Assembly (NCBI RefSeq): GCF_000018465.1 | Contig: NC_010085.1 | Span: forward strand, 780,001 to 812,000 | DNA: 32,000 nucleotides | Source of the DNA: Nitrosopumilus maritimus SCM1 | Lineage (GTDB): Archaea; Thermoproteota; Nitrososphaeria; Nitrososphaerales; Nitrosopumilaceae | Direction: 5' to 3' | Part shown: positions 22,022 through 30,068 of the stretch, piece after piece | Layout: each line of letters starts with the position of its first letter | Position numbering within the stretch: the first letter of the stretch is position 1 | Position numbers and translations under genes: made by a program | Notes under the pieces: generated by a model | The model's database searches: none | The model's input: only the letters and a program-made list of their open reading frames with translations | What the model was told of the DNA's origin: nothing

Positions 22022-22861
22022 TCTTAGAGCAATCAAACTAGTCTTTTTTGAAAAGATGATGACTGAGATTATAGAGATTGTGAGAACCAACAAGGCAATT
22101 CCTCCAAATTCAGGAATTACTTTAGAACCCATTATCTTGACTTCTCTTGAAGTATTATCAAGTGGGATGACTAGTTGAGTTGCAGTATTACCACTAATTG
22201 TAGAATCAGATTCAAACTCTACCATATTTCCATCAACCCAAACAGATGTAGGATTGTCAATTAGTTCCTTTGGCAGAGTTATGGTAAGATGTTCATTGTT
22301 ACTCTCCCCTGTTAAAGTAAATGTCAAAGTTTTCTCATCAGGATTAACGTGTACTGCAGGAGCCAAATGTGCATCTAGGAAATATTTTACTTCAAATCCT
22401 AACCCATCATCAGTATAACCAGATGCTATTCCATCAATGGATTTAACACTGCCAGGATCCAAAACAACATGAACTACACCATTCATCCAAGGATGAAGTG
22501 TGCAATAATAGTAAAAATCACCAAGTTCATCAAACTGATGAGTGAAAGATTTTCCTGCAGTGAAAAATCCACTATCAAATAGTCCATTTTCATCATCAGG
22601 TGTAGGTGTTCGTTCCCCTGTAGGATTGATTGAGGTTATAGTGTGAAATGCAGTATCAGCATTAGACCATGTGATAGTATCTCCTGGAAAAATAGTGATT
22701 ATACCAGATGTCTCACCAGTGTCTTTTTGAGACCAAAAGTAAGGAAAGTTTTCATCAGATGCACCTGAAGGAATTTTAATTTCATAGCTTTCAGCAAAGG
22801 CAAAACCTGAACCGACCATCAATATTGCCATTAGAGGTAAAACTGCAAGTGCATACTTCAT
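22019..22861 (-). CDS. blue (type 1) copper protein: cupredoxin domain, second domain and PEFG-CTERM-type anchor
   Basis: Signal peptide MKYALAVLPLMAILMVGSGFAFA. Cu ligands are AFHTITS and an amicyanin-like CTLHPWM loop. The C-terminus has IPEFGGIALLVLTISIISVIIFSKK. ATG 22861 is preferred over the track's TTG 22894. Confidence 0.85.
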   Translation of the reverse strand: MKYALAVLPLMAILMVGSGFAFAESYEIKIPSGASDENFPYFWSQKDTGETSGIITIFPGDTITWSNADTAFHTITSINPTGERTPTPDDENGLFDSGFFTAGKSFTHQFDELGDFYYYCTLHPWMNGVVHVVLDPGSVKSIDGIASGYTDDGLGFEVKYFLDAHLAPAVHVNPDEKTLTFTLTGESNNEHLTITLPKELIDNPTSVWVDGNMVEFESDSTISGNTATQLVIPLDNTSREVKIMGSKVIPEFGGIALLVLTISIISVIIFSKKTSLIALR

Positions 22862-22941
22862 AATTATACAACTGTAAAGTAGTATTTCAACCAAGCCATG
22901 ATCGACAAAACATACAAAAACCAGATACTCGTTTCATTAAT

Positions 22942-24543
22942 GTGCAGACGAAGTTTATTTTTGTCACAGGTGGTGTGATGTCTGGCCTTGGAAAAGGCGT
23001 AACAACTTCCTCAATTGCAAAATTATTACAGTTAGCAGATCAAAAGGTCTCTTGTATCAAGATAGATCCTTATCTTAACTATGACGCAGGAACCATGAAT
23101 CCAGTAGCCCATGGCGAAGTATTCGTCACAGATGACGGAGGGGAATGTGATATGGATATTGGAAATTATGAGAGGTTTCTTAATCAAGACATTCCAAAAA
23201 GCCACAACATTACAACTGCTCAAGTGTACTCTTCAGTAATAGAAGCAGAAAGAAAAGGAGAATACCTAGGAGCATGTGTCCAAATCATTCCACATGTAAC
23301 TGATGAAATAAAGAACCGGATTAGAAATATTGCTGAAAATGAAAAATTAGATTTTCTAATCGTAGAGTGTGGTGGAACAGTTGGAGATATTGAATCGCTT
23401 CCATTTTTAGAAGCATTAAGACAAATGAGAGTAGAAGAAGGACCAGAAGGAGTAATTTTTGTTCATGTAACACTTGCACCATCACTTGATGTGGTAGGAG
23501 AACAAAAGACAAAACCAACACAACATAGTGCACAGGAATTAAGAAGAATTGGTATTCAGCCAGACTTTTTGGCAGTAAGGTGTACCTTACCATTAGAAGA
23601 AAAAACAAAGAAAAAGATTGCAATGTTTACAAATGTAACTGCAAAAGATGTTCTTTCATGCCATGATGCAAAATCAATTTTTGAAGTTCCACAAATGTTG
23701 TATGACCAAGGAATCATGGATGCAATATTTACCAAATTTGGAATAGTTGGGATGGTTAACGCATCAGCTAACTGGGACAAATGGAATACAATTGCACAAA
23801 ATATGGTAAATCACGAAGATCAAAAAGTAAAGATTGCAATGGTTGGAAAATATGTCACATTAGCAGATAGTTATGTTAGCGTAAACCATGCATTAAAACA
23901 CGCAGGAGCGCAAATTGGTAAATCAATAGATATTGATTGGATTGATTCAGAGTCAATTACAGATTATTCTGTATTATCAAAATATGATGGAATATTAGTT
24001 CCAGGAGGATTTGGTACACGTGGTTCAGAAGGAATTATTCAAACTGCAAACTATGCACGTGAAAATAATATACCATATCTAGGAATATGTTTTGGATTTC
24101 AATTAGCAGTAATAGCATTTGGAAGAAATGTTTTGAAATTAGATGATGCAAATTCTACAGAGATTGAGCCAAATACAGCAAATCCAATTGTAGATTTACT
24201 TCCAGAACAAAAAGATGTTTCAGACATGGGAGGATCATTGAGATTAGGAGCAAACGAAGTATTAATCAAAGAAAACACAAATGCTCAAAAAATCTATGGT
24301 ACCACAACAATTAGCAAACGACACAGACACAGATATGAAATTAACAAAGAGTACATTCCAAAATTTGAAGAAAACGGTTTGATATTTTCAGCAGACAGTG
24401 ACAATGGTAAAAGAATGGAGATGTTGGAAATTCCTAGTCATAAATTCTATCTAGGAGTACAGTTCCACCCAGAGTTTAACAGCAGGCCAGGATTCCCAGA
24501 AGAAGCATTTGCAGCATTTATCAAAGCAGCCTCTGAAAAATAA
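22942..24543 (+). CDS. pyrG: CTP synthase
   Basis: KFIFVTGGVMSGLGKG, GATase LGICFGFQL and HRHRYEIN. GTG start. Confidence 0.97.
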   Translation: MQTKFIFVTGGVMSGLGKGVTTSSIAKLLQLADQKVSCIKIDPYLNYDAGTMNPVAHGEVFVTDDGGECDMDIGNYERFLNQDIPKSHNITTAQVYSSVIEAERKGEYLGACVQIIPHVTDEIKNRIRNIAENEKLDFLIVECGGTVGDIESLPFLEALRQMRVEEGPEGVIFVHVTLAPSLDVVGEQKTKPTQHSAQELRRIGIQPDFLAVRCTLPLEEKTKKKIAMFTNVTAKDVLSCHDAKSIFEVPQMLYDQGIMDAIFTKFGIVGMVNASANWDKWNTIAQNMVNHEDQKVKIAMVGKYVTLADSYVSVNHALKHAGAQIGKSIDIDWIDSESITDYSVLSKYDGILVPGGFGTRGSEGIIQTANYARENNIPYLGICFGFQLAVIAFGRNVLKLDDANSTEIEPNTANPIVDLLPEQKDVSDMGGSLRLGANEVLIKENTNAQKIYGTTTISKRHRHRYEINKEYIPKFEENGLIFSADSDNGKRMEMLEIPSHKFYLGVQFHPEFNSRPGFPEEAFAAFIKAASEK

Positions 24544-24550
24544 TCAAAAA

Positions 24551-26068
24551 TTAAGGCAAAAGAATATTGAATTTAGCACCACCAGTGTAGTCTTTTGCAA
24601 CCCAGATTTTTCCACCATGAGATTCAACAATTCCCTTGCAAATGGCCAATCCAAGGCCAGTTCCTTGGTGAGAAATATCTTTAGGAGTATCTAATTGATG
24701 GAATTTCTCAAATACGGTTTCATGATGTTCCTCAGGAATCCCTATTCCGTTATCTTCAATGCTAATCAAAGTCTGGCCATCATCAGTGACATCAGATGAA
24801 ATGACAATTTTTCCATTTGTTGTTGGAACAAAGTCAACAGCGTTCTTGACAATGTTTGTAACAACTTGAGAGATACGAGCAGCGTCACATGAGATTGTTT
24901 TAGATTTTTTAACTTTTAATTCCAAAACAGCCCCTCGTGATTCGACCATATCTTTTAGGTTGGGAATAATTTTTTTCAATAGAATATCAACATTGACATC
25001 TTCTTTACGCAAATTCATATCATTTCTATCTAAAGTTTTGATATCAGACAAATCAGATAACAAAGCAGTAACTTGGTTAGAATTTACCAAAATTTGCTTG
25101 ATTCTATGTTTTTGTTTTTGAGTTAAAGGGCCTTCTTTTTCTGTAAGCAATAATTGGCATGCCAAAATGATTGGAGTTAAAGGATTTTTTATCTCATGAC
25201 TAACCATAGAAACAAGTTCATCTTTTTGTTTATCAATTTCTTCTAGTTCTGCAATCTTTGTCTCACCTTTTGAAACTCTACCAGCTAACATTGTCACAAT
25301 AAATCCTGCTAAGGTAGCAAGACCAATTATAGATGGGATAATATTTTCATACATAAAATAAAGAGATTTGAGATTCTTTACTTGTTTCAATAATGTTTTT
25401 TCAGAAAATTCTGTTGGTTCATCCCATGCATCTAAAACAACAATTTTTTGATCATCAACTAACGCATAATCTGTAAATTGTTCACTAAATGAAACATCCA
25501 TTCCTGTTACAGGTTCAATGTGATTTGTAGCTCTATAATGTTCCCAAATTTGTTCTGAAAAATCAGGATAAACATCAGATACATCAAAAATTTCTTCACC
25601 CTCAAATTTGTAAACAGTTACTCCATCAAGAGTAGTTTCTTCAACAAAATGATAATGCATTACAACTCCACCAATATCATAAACAAAGTAGTCTTTTTTC
25701 TCTACGTGTGGAGGGAATGCAAAGTGACCAGTTTTGTCTAAATATTCACGAGTGTTTTTATCCACAGCCTCAGTAAAATCGGTAACCCAAAAACTCTCAG
25801 CAGTTAAGATATCTTTGTAATCATATGTAGTACGTAACAATAATGCATTGCCATTTACTTCCAGAATTTCTCGATCCCAATGAAATAGCATTTTTGTAGG
25901 TTCAGAAAGTTCACATCCAACACAGTCAGCAAATTGAATCATTCCAACATTTTCAGCAGTAATTTCTAAGATGTCGTGACTAGTTAATAGTTCGGGAGTT
26001 ATTCCAAAAACCCAAATTAAAAGAAAAGAAATTCCTATTCCTAAAACAATGAAAGGTAATTTTTGCAT
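24551..26068 (-). CDS. sensor histidine kinase with an extracytoplasmic DUF3068-like domain between two TM helices
   Basis: H-box SHEIKNPLTPI, N-box NIVKNAVDF, G1 DNGIGI, G2 GTGLGLAICK. TM helices at about aa 5-25 and about aa 243-265. The sensor region FAFPPHVEKKDYFVYD..LDGVTVYKFEGEE resembles the recalled DUF3068/PorA pattern. Confidence 0.9.
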   Translation of the reverse strand: MQKLPFIVLGIGISFLLIWVFGITPELLTSHDILEITAENVGMIQFADCVGCELSEPTKMLFHWDREILEVNGNALLLRTTYDYKDILTAESFWVTDFTEAVDKNTREYLDKTGHFAFPPHVEKKDYFVYDIGGVVMHYHFVEETTLDGVTVYKFEGEEIFDVSDVYPDFSEQIWEHYRATNHIEPVTGMDVSFSEQFTDYALVDDQKIVVLDAWDEPTEFSEKTLLKQVKNLKSLYFMYENIIPSIIGLATLAGFIVTMLAGRVSKGETKIAELEEIDKQKDELVSMVSHEIKNPLTPIILACQLLLTEKEGPLTQKQKHRIKQILVNSNQVTALLSDLSDIKTLDRNDMNLRKEDVNVDILLKKIIPNLKDMVESRGAVLELKVKKSKTISCDAARISQVVTNIVKNAVDFVPTTNGKIVISSDVTDDGQTLISIEDNGIGIPEEHHETVFEKFHQLDTPKDISHQGTGLGLAICKGIVESHGGKIWVAKDYTGGAKFNILLP

Positions 26069-26077
26069 AATAGTATA

Positions 26078-27076
26078 TTATTCAATTTTAGATATTTCAT
26101 AAATTTTTTGTCTAGCATCACGTATGGAAACTTTCTTTTTCACATATCCTTTCTTTAACAAATGACTTAATGCCAATCTAACAGTTCGATCTGGAAGAAG
26201 TGTTTTGTTTGCCAAATCTTTTTGCGTTAATGCACCCTCATATTCTAAAGTCTTCAAGAGTAATTTGGAGCTAGGAGGCATACTGAGTAGTTCTTCTGCT
26301 AAATGTACTTTTTTTGCAAGAGCAGAAATTGCAGTAGAGTCTTTTTTTAGACGAATTATCTTTGCAGGAGGAAAGAATTGGGTACATTCAACAGTTTTGT
26401 TTACTTTGTATCTATCAAGACCATCAAGTACTACTTCACAATGTAATCGTGCAGAAATATCATCAATCTCAATTGAGCTGTCATTGGATACAATAATTGG
26501 TCTTCTTGTTACATCAAGAGAGTTTACAGATATAATTTCAAAAACTGCAGAGTCTTGAAATAACACAGGTCCACCAGCAGACATTGAGTATGCTGAAGAG
26601 CCAATTGGTGTTGAAACAATAATTCCATCACTATTATCATGCCATACTTCCTCACCATTAACACGCAAAGTATGTTCCATCAACATTGCACTTCGAGAAG
26701 AAAAAACTGCAACATCATTTAGTACAGGATAAACATTCTTCCCATCTATTTTTACACCCAGTCTAGGTACTTCTTCAATTGTATACTTCTGTTTTTTCAA
26801 AATATCAACATATGATGCAAATTCTTTTAGATCAATTTGAGCCAAAAACCCACTTGTTTCACCTTCGCTAATTCCTAAAATTGGCAAGGTAGAATCAAAT
26901 GTTCTATGAAAATAATTGCGGACTCCTTTATCTCCACCTAAAACTATAACGCAATCAGCAGGTTTACTCTTTGATTTTGTTATTGTAAAGGATTTGATTC
27001 CAGCATCATCAAGTATTTTTTTTACAATTTTAGCTGCATTGCTAGTAGTTCCAGAACCATAGATGCCTATTTGCAT
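26078..27076 (-). CDS. nadK: NAD kinase fused to a C-terminal winged-helix (MarR/TrmB-like) domain, 332 aa
   Basis: VIVLGGDKGV (GGDG region) and SDGIIVSTPIGSSAYSMSAGGPVL. About 70 extra C-terminal residues: LLLKTLEYEGALTQKDLANKTLLPDRTVRLALSHLLKKGYVKKKV. Confidence 0.85.
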   Translation of the reverse strand: MQIGIYGSGTTSNAAKIVKKILDDAGIKSFTITKSKSKPADCVIVLGGDKGVRNYFHRTFDSTLPILGISEGETSGFLAQIDLKEFASYVDILKKQKYTIEEVPRLGVKIDGKNVYPVLNDVAVFSSRSAMLMEHTLRVNGEEVWHDNSDGIIVSTPIGSSAYSMSAGGPVLFQDSAVFEIISVNSLDVTRRPIIVSNDSSIEIDDISARLHCEVVLDGLDRYKVNKTVECTQFFPPAKIIRLKKDSTAISALAKKVHLAEELLSMPPSSKLLLKTLEYEGALTQKDLANKTLLPDRTVRLALSHLLKKGYVKKKVSIRDARQKIYEISKIE

Positions 27077-27117
27077 AGAGTAAACATTTGAAATGCTTCA
27101 ATAAAAGAATAATGCAT

Positions 27118-27987
27118 CTACAAGTCTCGAAACTTTACCAAATTGTAAAAGTATGAGGCATTGTTTTGGATTACTCCTTTACGAGGGATTTTCTGCAATC
27201 CAACGTTTTTTGAATCAAGTGCAGCCTGAGCAGCACCACCAGCAAAACAAAGAGCCCACAGGTAGTCTTTTTCTTTAAGCATCGTACAACAAAACGCAGC
27301 ACAAAAGATATCACCTATACCAGTTGTGTCATGAATTTCTTTATTTGGAAGAGTAATAGAATATACCTTATCTTTTACCAATAGAGAAACTTCAGTTTTG
27401 TTTGTTAGTAATACATGCTCAACACCTCTTTTCTGAAGTGCAACCATCATCTCATCATGAGTACCAGTAACAAGTTGTTGTGCTTCTTCAGGATTTACTT
27501 TGATTGCATTAACATTTGATAAATCCAAATCCTTTTTTTGCAAGAAAACATTGTTTTCTGAATCTTTTTCTCTAAGAAATCCCTGAGGATCAACAAACAA
27601 AAAATTTGAATCATCTTTAATTTTCTTTAGTGTTTCATTTGTAATTTCGTGAAAAATGGGACTGACAAGATGACCATCTGCTTTTGTATTAGAATATTCA
27701 ATGGGATCACATTGGTTTTCAAGTTTTAGAGTTCGGTCAGCACCAGTAATAGATATTGCAAATTTTGTGGTGTTTTTAGCAGATTCAGAATTAATTAGGT
27801 TGATTTTATTATCTGAAAGATATTGTATTGGAAAATCATTTCCACATTTCGTATACAGATCAACGTCAAATTTGAATTCTCTTGCAGTTAATCCACAATA
27901 GCATGCAGAACCTCCAATTTGCTCATAATTGTTTTCTCCAATAGTAATGGTATCAACTGCACAATGAGCAAAAACTGCTAATTTCAT
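27118..27987 (-). CDS. PfkB-family (ribokinase-like) carbohydrate/nucleoside kinase, substrate unknown
   Basis: N-terminal GGSACY di-Gly region and the C-terminal PfkB signature DTTGIGDIFCAAF. Confidence 0.85.
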   Translation of the reverse strand: MKLAVFAHCAVDTITIGENNYEQIGGSACYCGLTAREFKFDVDLYTKCGNDFPIQYLSDNKINLINSESAKNTTKFAISITGADRTLKLENQCDPIEYSNTKADGHLVSPIFHEITNETLKKIKDDSNFLFVDPQGFLREKDSENNVFLQKKDLDLSNVNAIKVNPEEAQQLVTGTHDEMMVALQKRGVEHVLLTNKTEVSLLVKDKVYSITLPNKEIHDTTGIGDIFCAAFCCTMLKEKDYLWALCFAGGAAQAALDSKNVGLQKIPRKGVIQNNASYFYNLVKFRDL

Positions 27988-28013
27988 TTCTCTTGATTCA
28001 ATATAGTGTAGAT

Positions 28014-28121
28014 TTAGTTTTTTGCATTGTTTTTGTCAAAACAGGATTTGCAAAGAATTTCTCCCTTTAGCATAAAGACCTCAACTCCAGAACTATAACA
28101 ACTGTGACAAAGACCACGCAT
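28014..28121 (-). CDS. possible zinc-ribbon micro-protein, 35 aa
   Basis: MRGLCHSCYSSGVEVFMLKGEILCKSCFDKNNAKN has CxxC-x16-CxxC. Lies 26 nt upstream of the PfkB gene. Confidence 0.35.
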   Translation of the reverse strand: MRGLCHSCYSSGVEVFMLKGEILCKSCFDKNNAKN

Positions 28122-28249
28122 ATTCTCTAAATGGAATTACACGATCTAGAATTAAAACATGGAGTATTTTTGGTTCATTTTTAGGCACAAATCAAACAGA
28201 ATTTCAGAAATGGCCACAAGAATATAAGTAGGTAAATCAGTTCACAGTC

Positions 28250-28537
28250 ATGCCACTTAAGCGTGCAAGTAGAGGTCGTACAAAAGGAGGAAAAGGATCT
28301 TCAGGTGTTGTACAATGTACAAACTGCGGACAAACCGTTCCAAAAGACAAGGCAAAAAAAGTAACATCTAGACTTAACCTAGTCGAACATACACTAGCCA
28401 AAGAATTACGAGCACAAGGAGCATACATTGCATCACCTACAGTTCTAAAATGGTATTGTATTTCATGTGCAATTCACTTTAAGATTCTAAAAATTAGATC
28501 TGCAGACAATAGAAGAAAACGTGGAAAACTACGATAG
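28250..28537 (+). CDS. rps26e: 30S ribosomal protein S26e
   Basis: RGRTKGGKG..VQCTNCGQTVPKDKAKK..YCISCAIH. A TATA-like AATATAAG lies about 25 nt upstream of the ATG. Confidence 0.95.
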   Translation: MPLKRASRGRTKGGKGSSGVVQCTNCGQTVPKDKAKKVTSRLNLVEHTLAKELRAQGAYIASPTVLKWYCISCAIHFKILKIRSADNRRKRGKLR

Positions 28538-28539
28538 TC

Positions 28540-29112
28540 TTATTCTTTGATGTTTTTTGCAGTAACAATCATTCTTTGAATTAATGTTATTGCCGCAATT
28601 ATTACTACAATGATAACAGCTATTTCCATAAATCCAATTATTCCAATAATTGCAATAACAAGTAACCTCTCTGCTCTTTCACCAATTCCAACACCTTGTA
28701 ATTTTACATTTATTGCATCAGATTTTGCTCTTGCATAACTTACCAATAGTGACAAAGTGATTGCAAGTAATACCAAATATGGTTCAGCATATCCACCAAC
28801 TAAAATTCCCAAAAATATTGCAGTCTCTGCAATTTTATCAAACATTGAATCTAAATACGAGCCCTTTTGAGATGTTTTGCCAGTTACACGGGCAACTTGT
28901 CCATCCACCATATCAAAGAATCCTGAAACAAGTAACAAAATACCTCCAATAATTAATCCAAATTCAATTCCAAGTCCATACACTATTGCAGAAAGAAATG
29001 CAACGCCCAAACCAACTGCAGTCCAGAAATTAGGAGACAGTCCTGTGGATGCAAATCCTTTACCAATCTTTTCAAGTGTAGGTTTGAGTGAATCTCGGAG
29101 ATTGTTTAACAC
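28540..29112 (-). CDS. CDP-alcohol phosphatidyltransferase (archaetidyl-inositol-phosphate or -serine synthase type)
   Basis: DGQVARVTGKTSQKGSYLDSMFDKIAE equals D-G-x2-A-R-x8-G-x3-D-x3-D. Multi-pass membrane protein. Confidence 0.9.
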   Translation of the reverse strand: MLNNLRDSLKPTLEKIGKGFASTGLSPNFWTAVGLGVAFLSAIVYGLGIEFGLIIGGILLLVSGFFDMVDGQVARVTGKTSQKGSYLDSMFDKIAETAIFLGILVGGYAEPYLVLLAITLSLLVSYARAKSDAINVKLQGVGIGERAERLLVIAIIGIIGFMEIAVIIVVIIAAITLIQRMIVTAKNIKE

Positions 29113-29189
29113 GTGATAACCCCAACAATACTAGCTAATAAAGTGAATAGGAGTGAAAACTAGGCAAAGCATAGTCAATTTTTTGAGAT

Positions 29190-30065
29190 TTATTGATTTT
29201 GAGATAGATTAATTGCAATAAGCGTGGACATTATCTTTGCTGCAAGAGATGCAGTGGCACCATTATCATGGTAAGGGTTTAGTTCAACTATATCAGCACC
29301 AATAACTTTGGTTTCTTGAAGAGAGTAAATCATATCAAATAATTCTCTAGAAGTTATTCCTACAGCTTCAGGATTTCCAACACCAGGTGCAAATGCAGGA
29401 TCAAGAACATCAAGATCAAAACTAGAATACATTGTATCAAAAGTTGAAACATGATCTTTTAGTAACTGGGGGCCTTTTCCGTCACGAATTTCTTTGTCAG
29501 AAATGGTTTTGATTTTATGTTCAGTTAGAAATTCCAATTCTTCTTTAACAAATGCACGAGCTCCAACATGTAGAATGTTTTCTGCACCTCGTTCTTCAAC
29601 AACGCGTCTAAGATAAGATGCATGACTGAGTTTGATATCTGCAAATTCATCTCTCAAGTCATAGTGGGCGTCAAATACAACATAACCAGTATCTTTTGGA
29701 AAACTAGTGTACGTTCCATATGTGATAGAGTGTTCACCTCCCAAAATGAACAACTGTCTTTGTTTTGCAACAAGTTCAGTTGTAATTTTTTTTACCATGT
29801 CAATCATCTCAGATGCTACAACTGTGTGACGAGTATTACCCAAATCCTCAATGTGTACAGTTTCTAAATCTATAGAGAGTTCAGGATGAAATATCTCAAT
29901 ATTGTTAAAAGAATCTCTAATTGCATCAGGACCAAATCTACAACCAGGTTTGTATGAATGGGTTGCATCAAAAGGAATTCCAAAAACGGTTGCTACAGGT
30001 TCAGAATCATCGTCTGAGGCAGTAATCATGGGATTTTTGTTCATGTATAAATCAAGAAAGCTCAT
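29190..30065 (-). CDS. speB: agmatinase (arginase/ureohydrolase family)
   Basis: GGEHSIT, DAHYDL and SFDLDVLDPAFAPGVGNPE metal-binding motifs. Confidence 0.9.
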   Translation of the reverse strand: MSFLDLYMNKNPMITASDDDSEPVATVFGIPFDATHSYKPGCRFGPDAIRDSFNNIEIFHPELSIDLETVHIEDLGNTRHTVVASEMIDMVKKITTELVAKQRQLFILGGEHSITYGTYTSFPKDTGYVVFDAHYDLRDEFADIKLSHASYLRRVVEERGAENILHVGARAFVKEELEFLTEHKIKTISDKEIRDGKGPQLLKDHVSTFDTMYSSFDLDVLDPAFAPGVGNPEAVGITSRELFDMIYSLQETKVIGADIVELNPYHDNGATASLAAKIMSTLIAINLSQNQ

Positions 30066-30068
30066 AAT

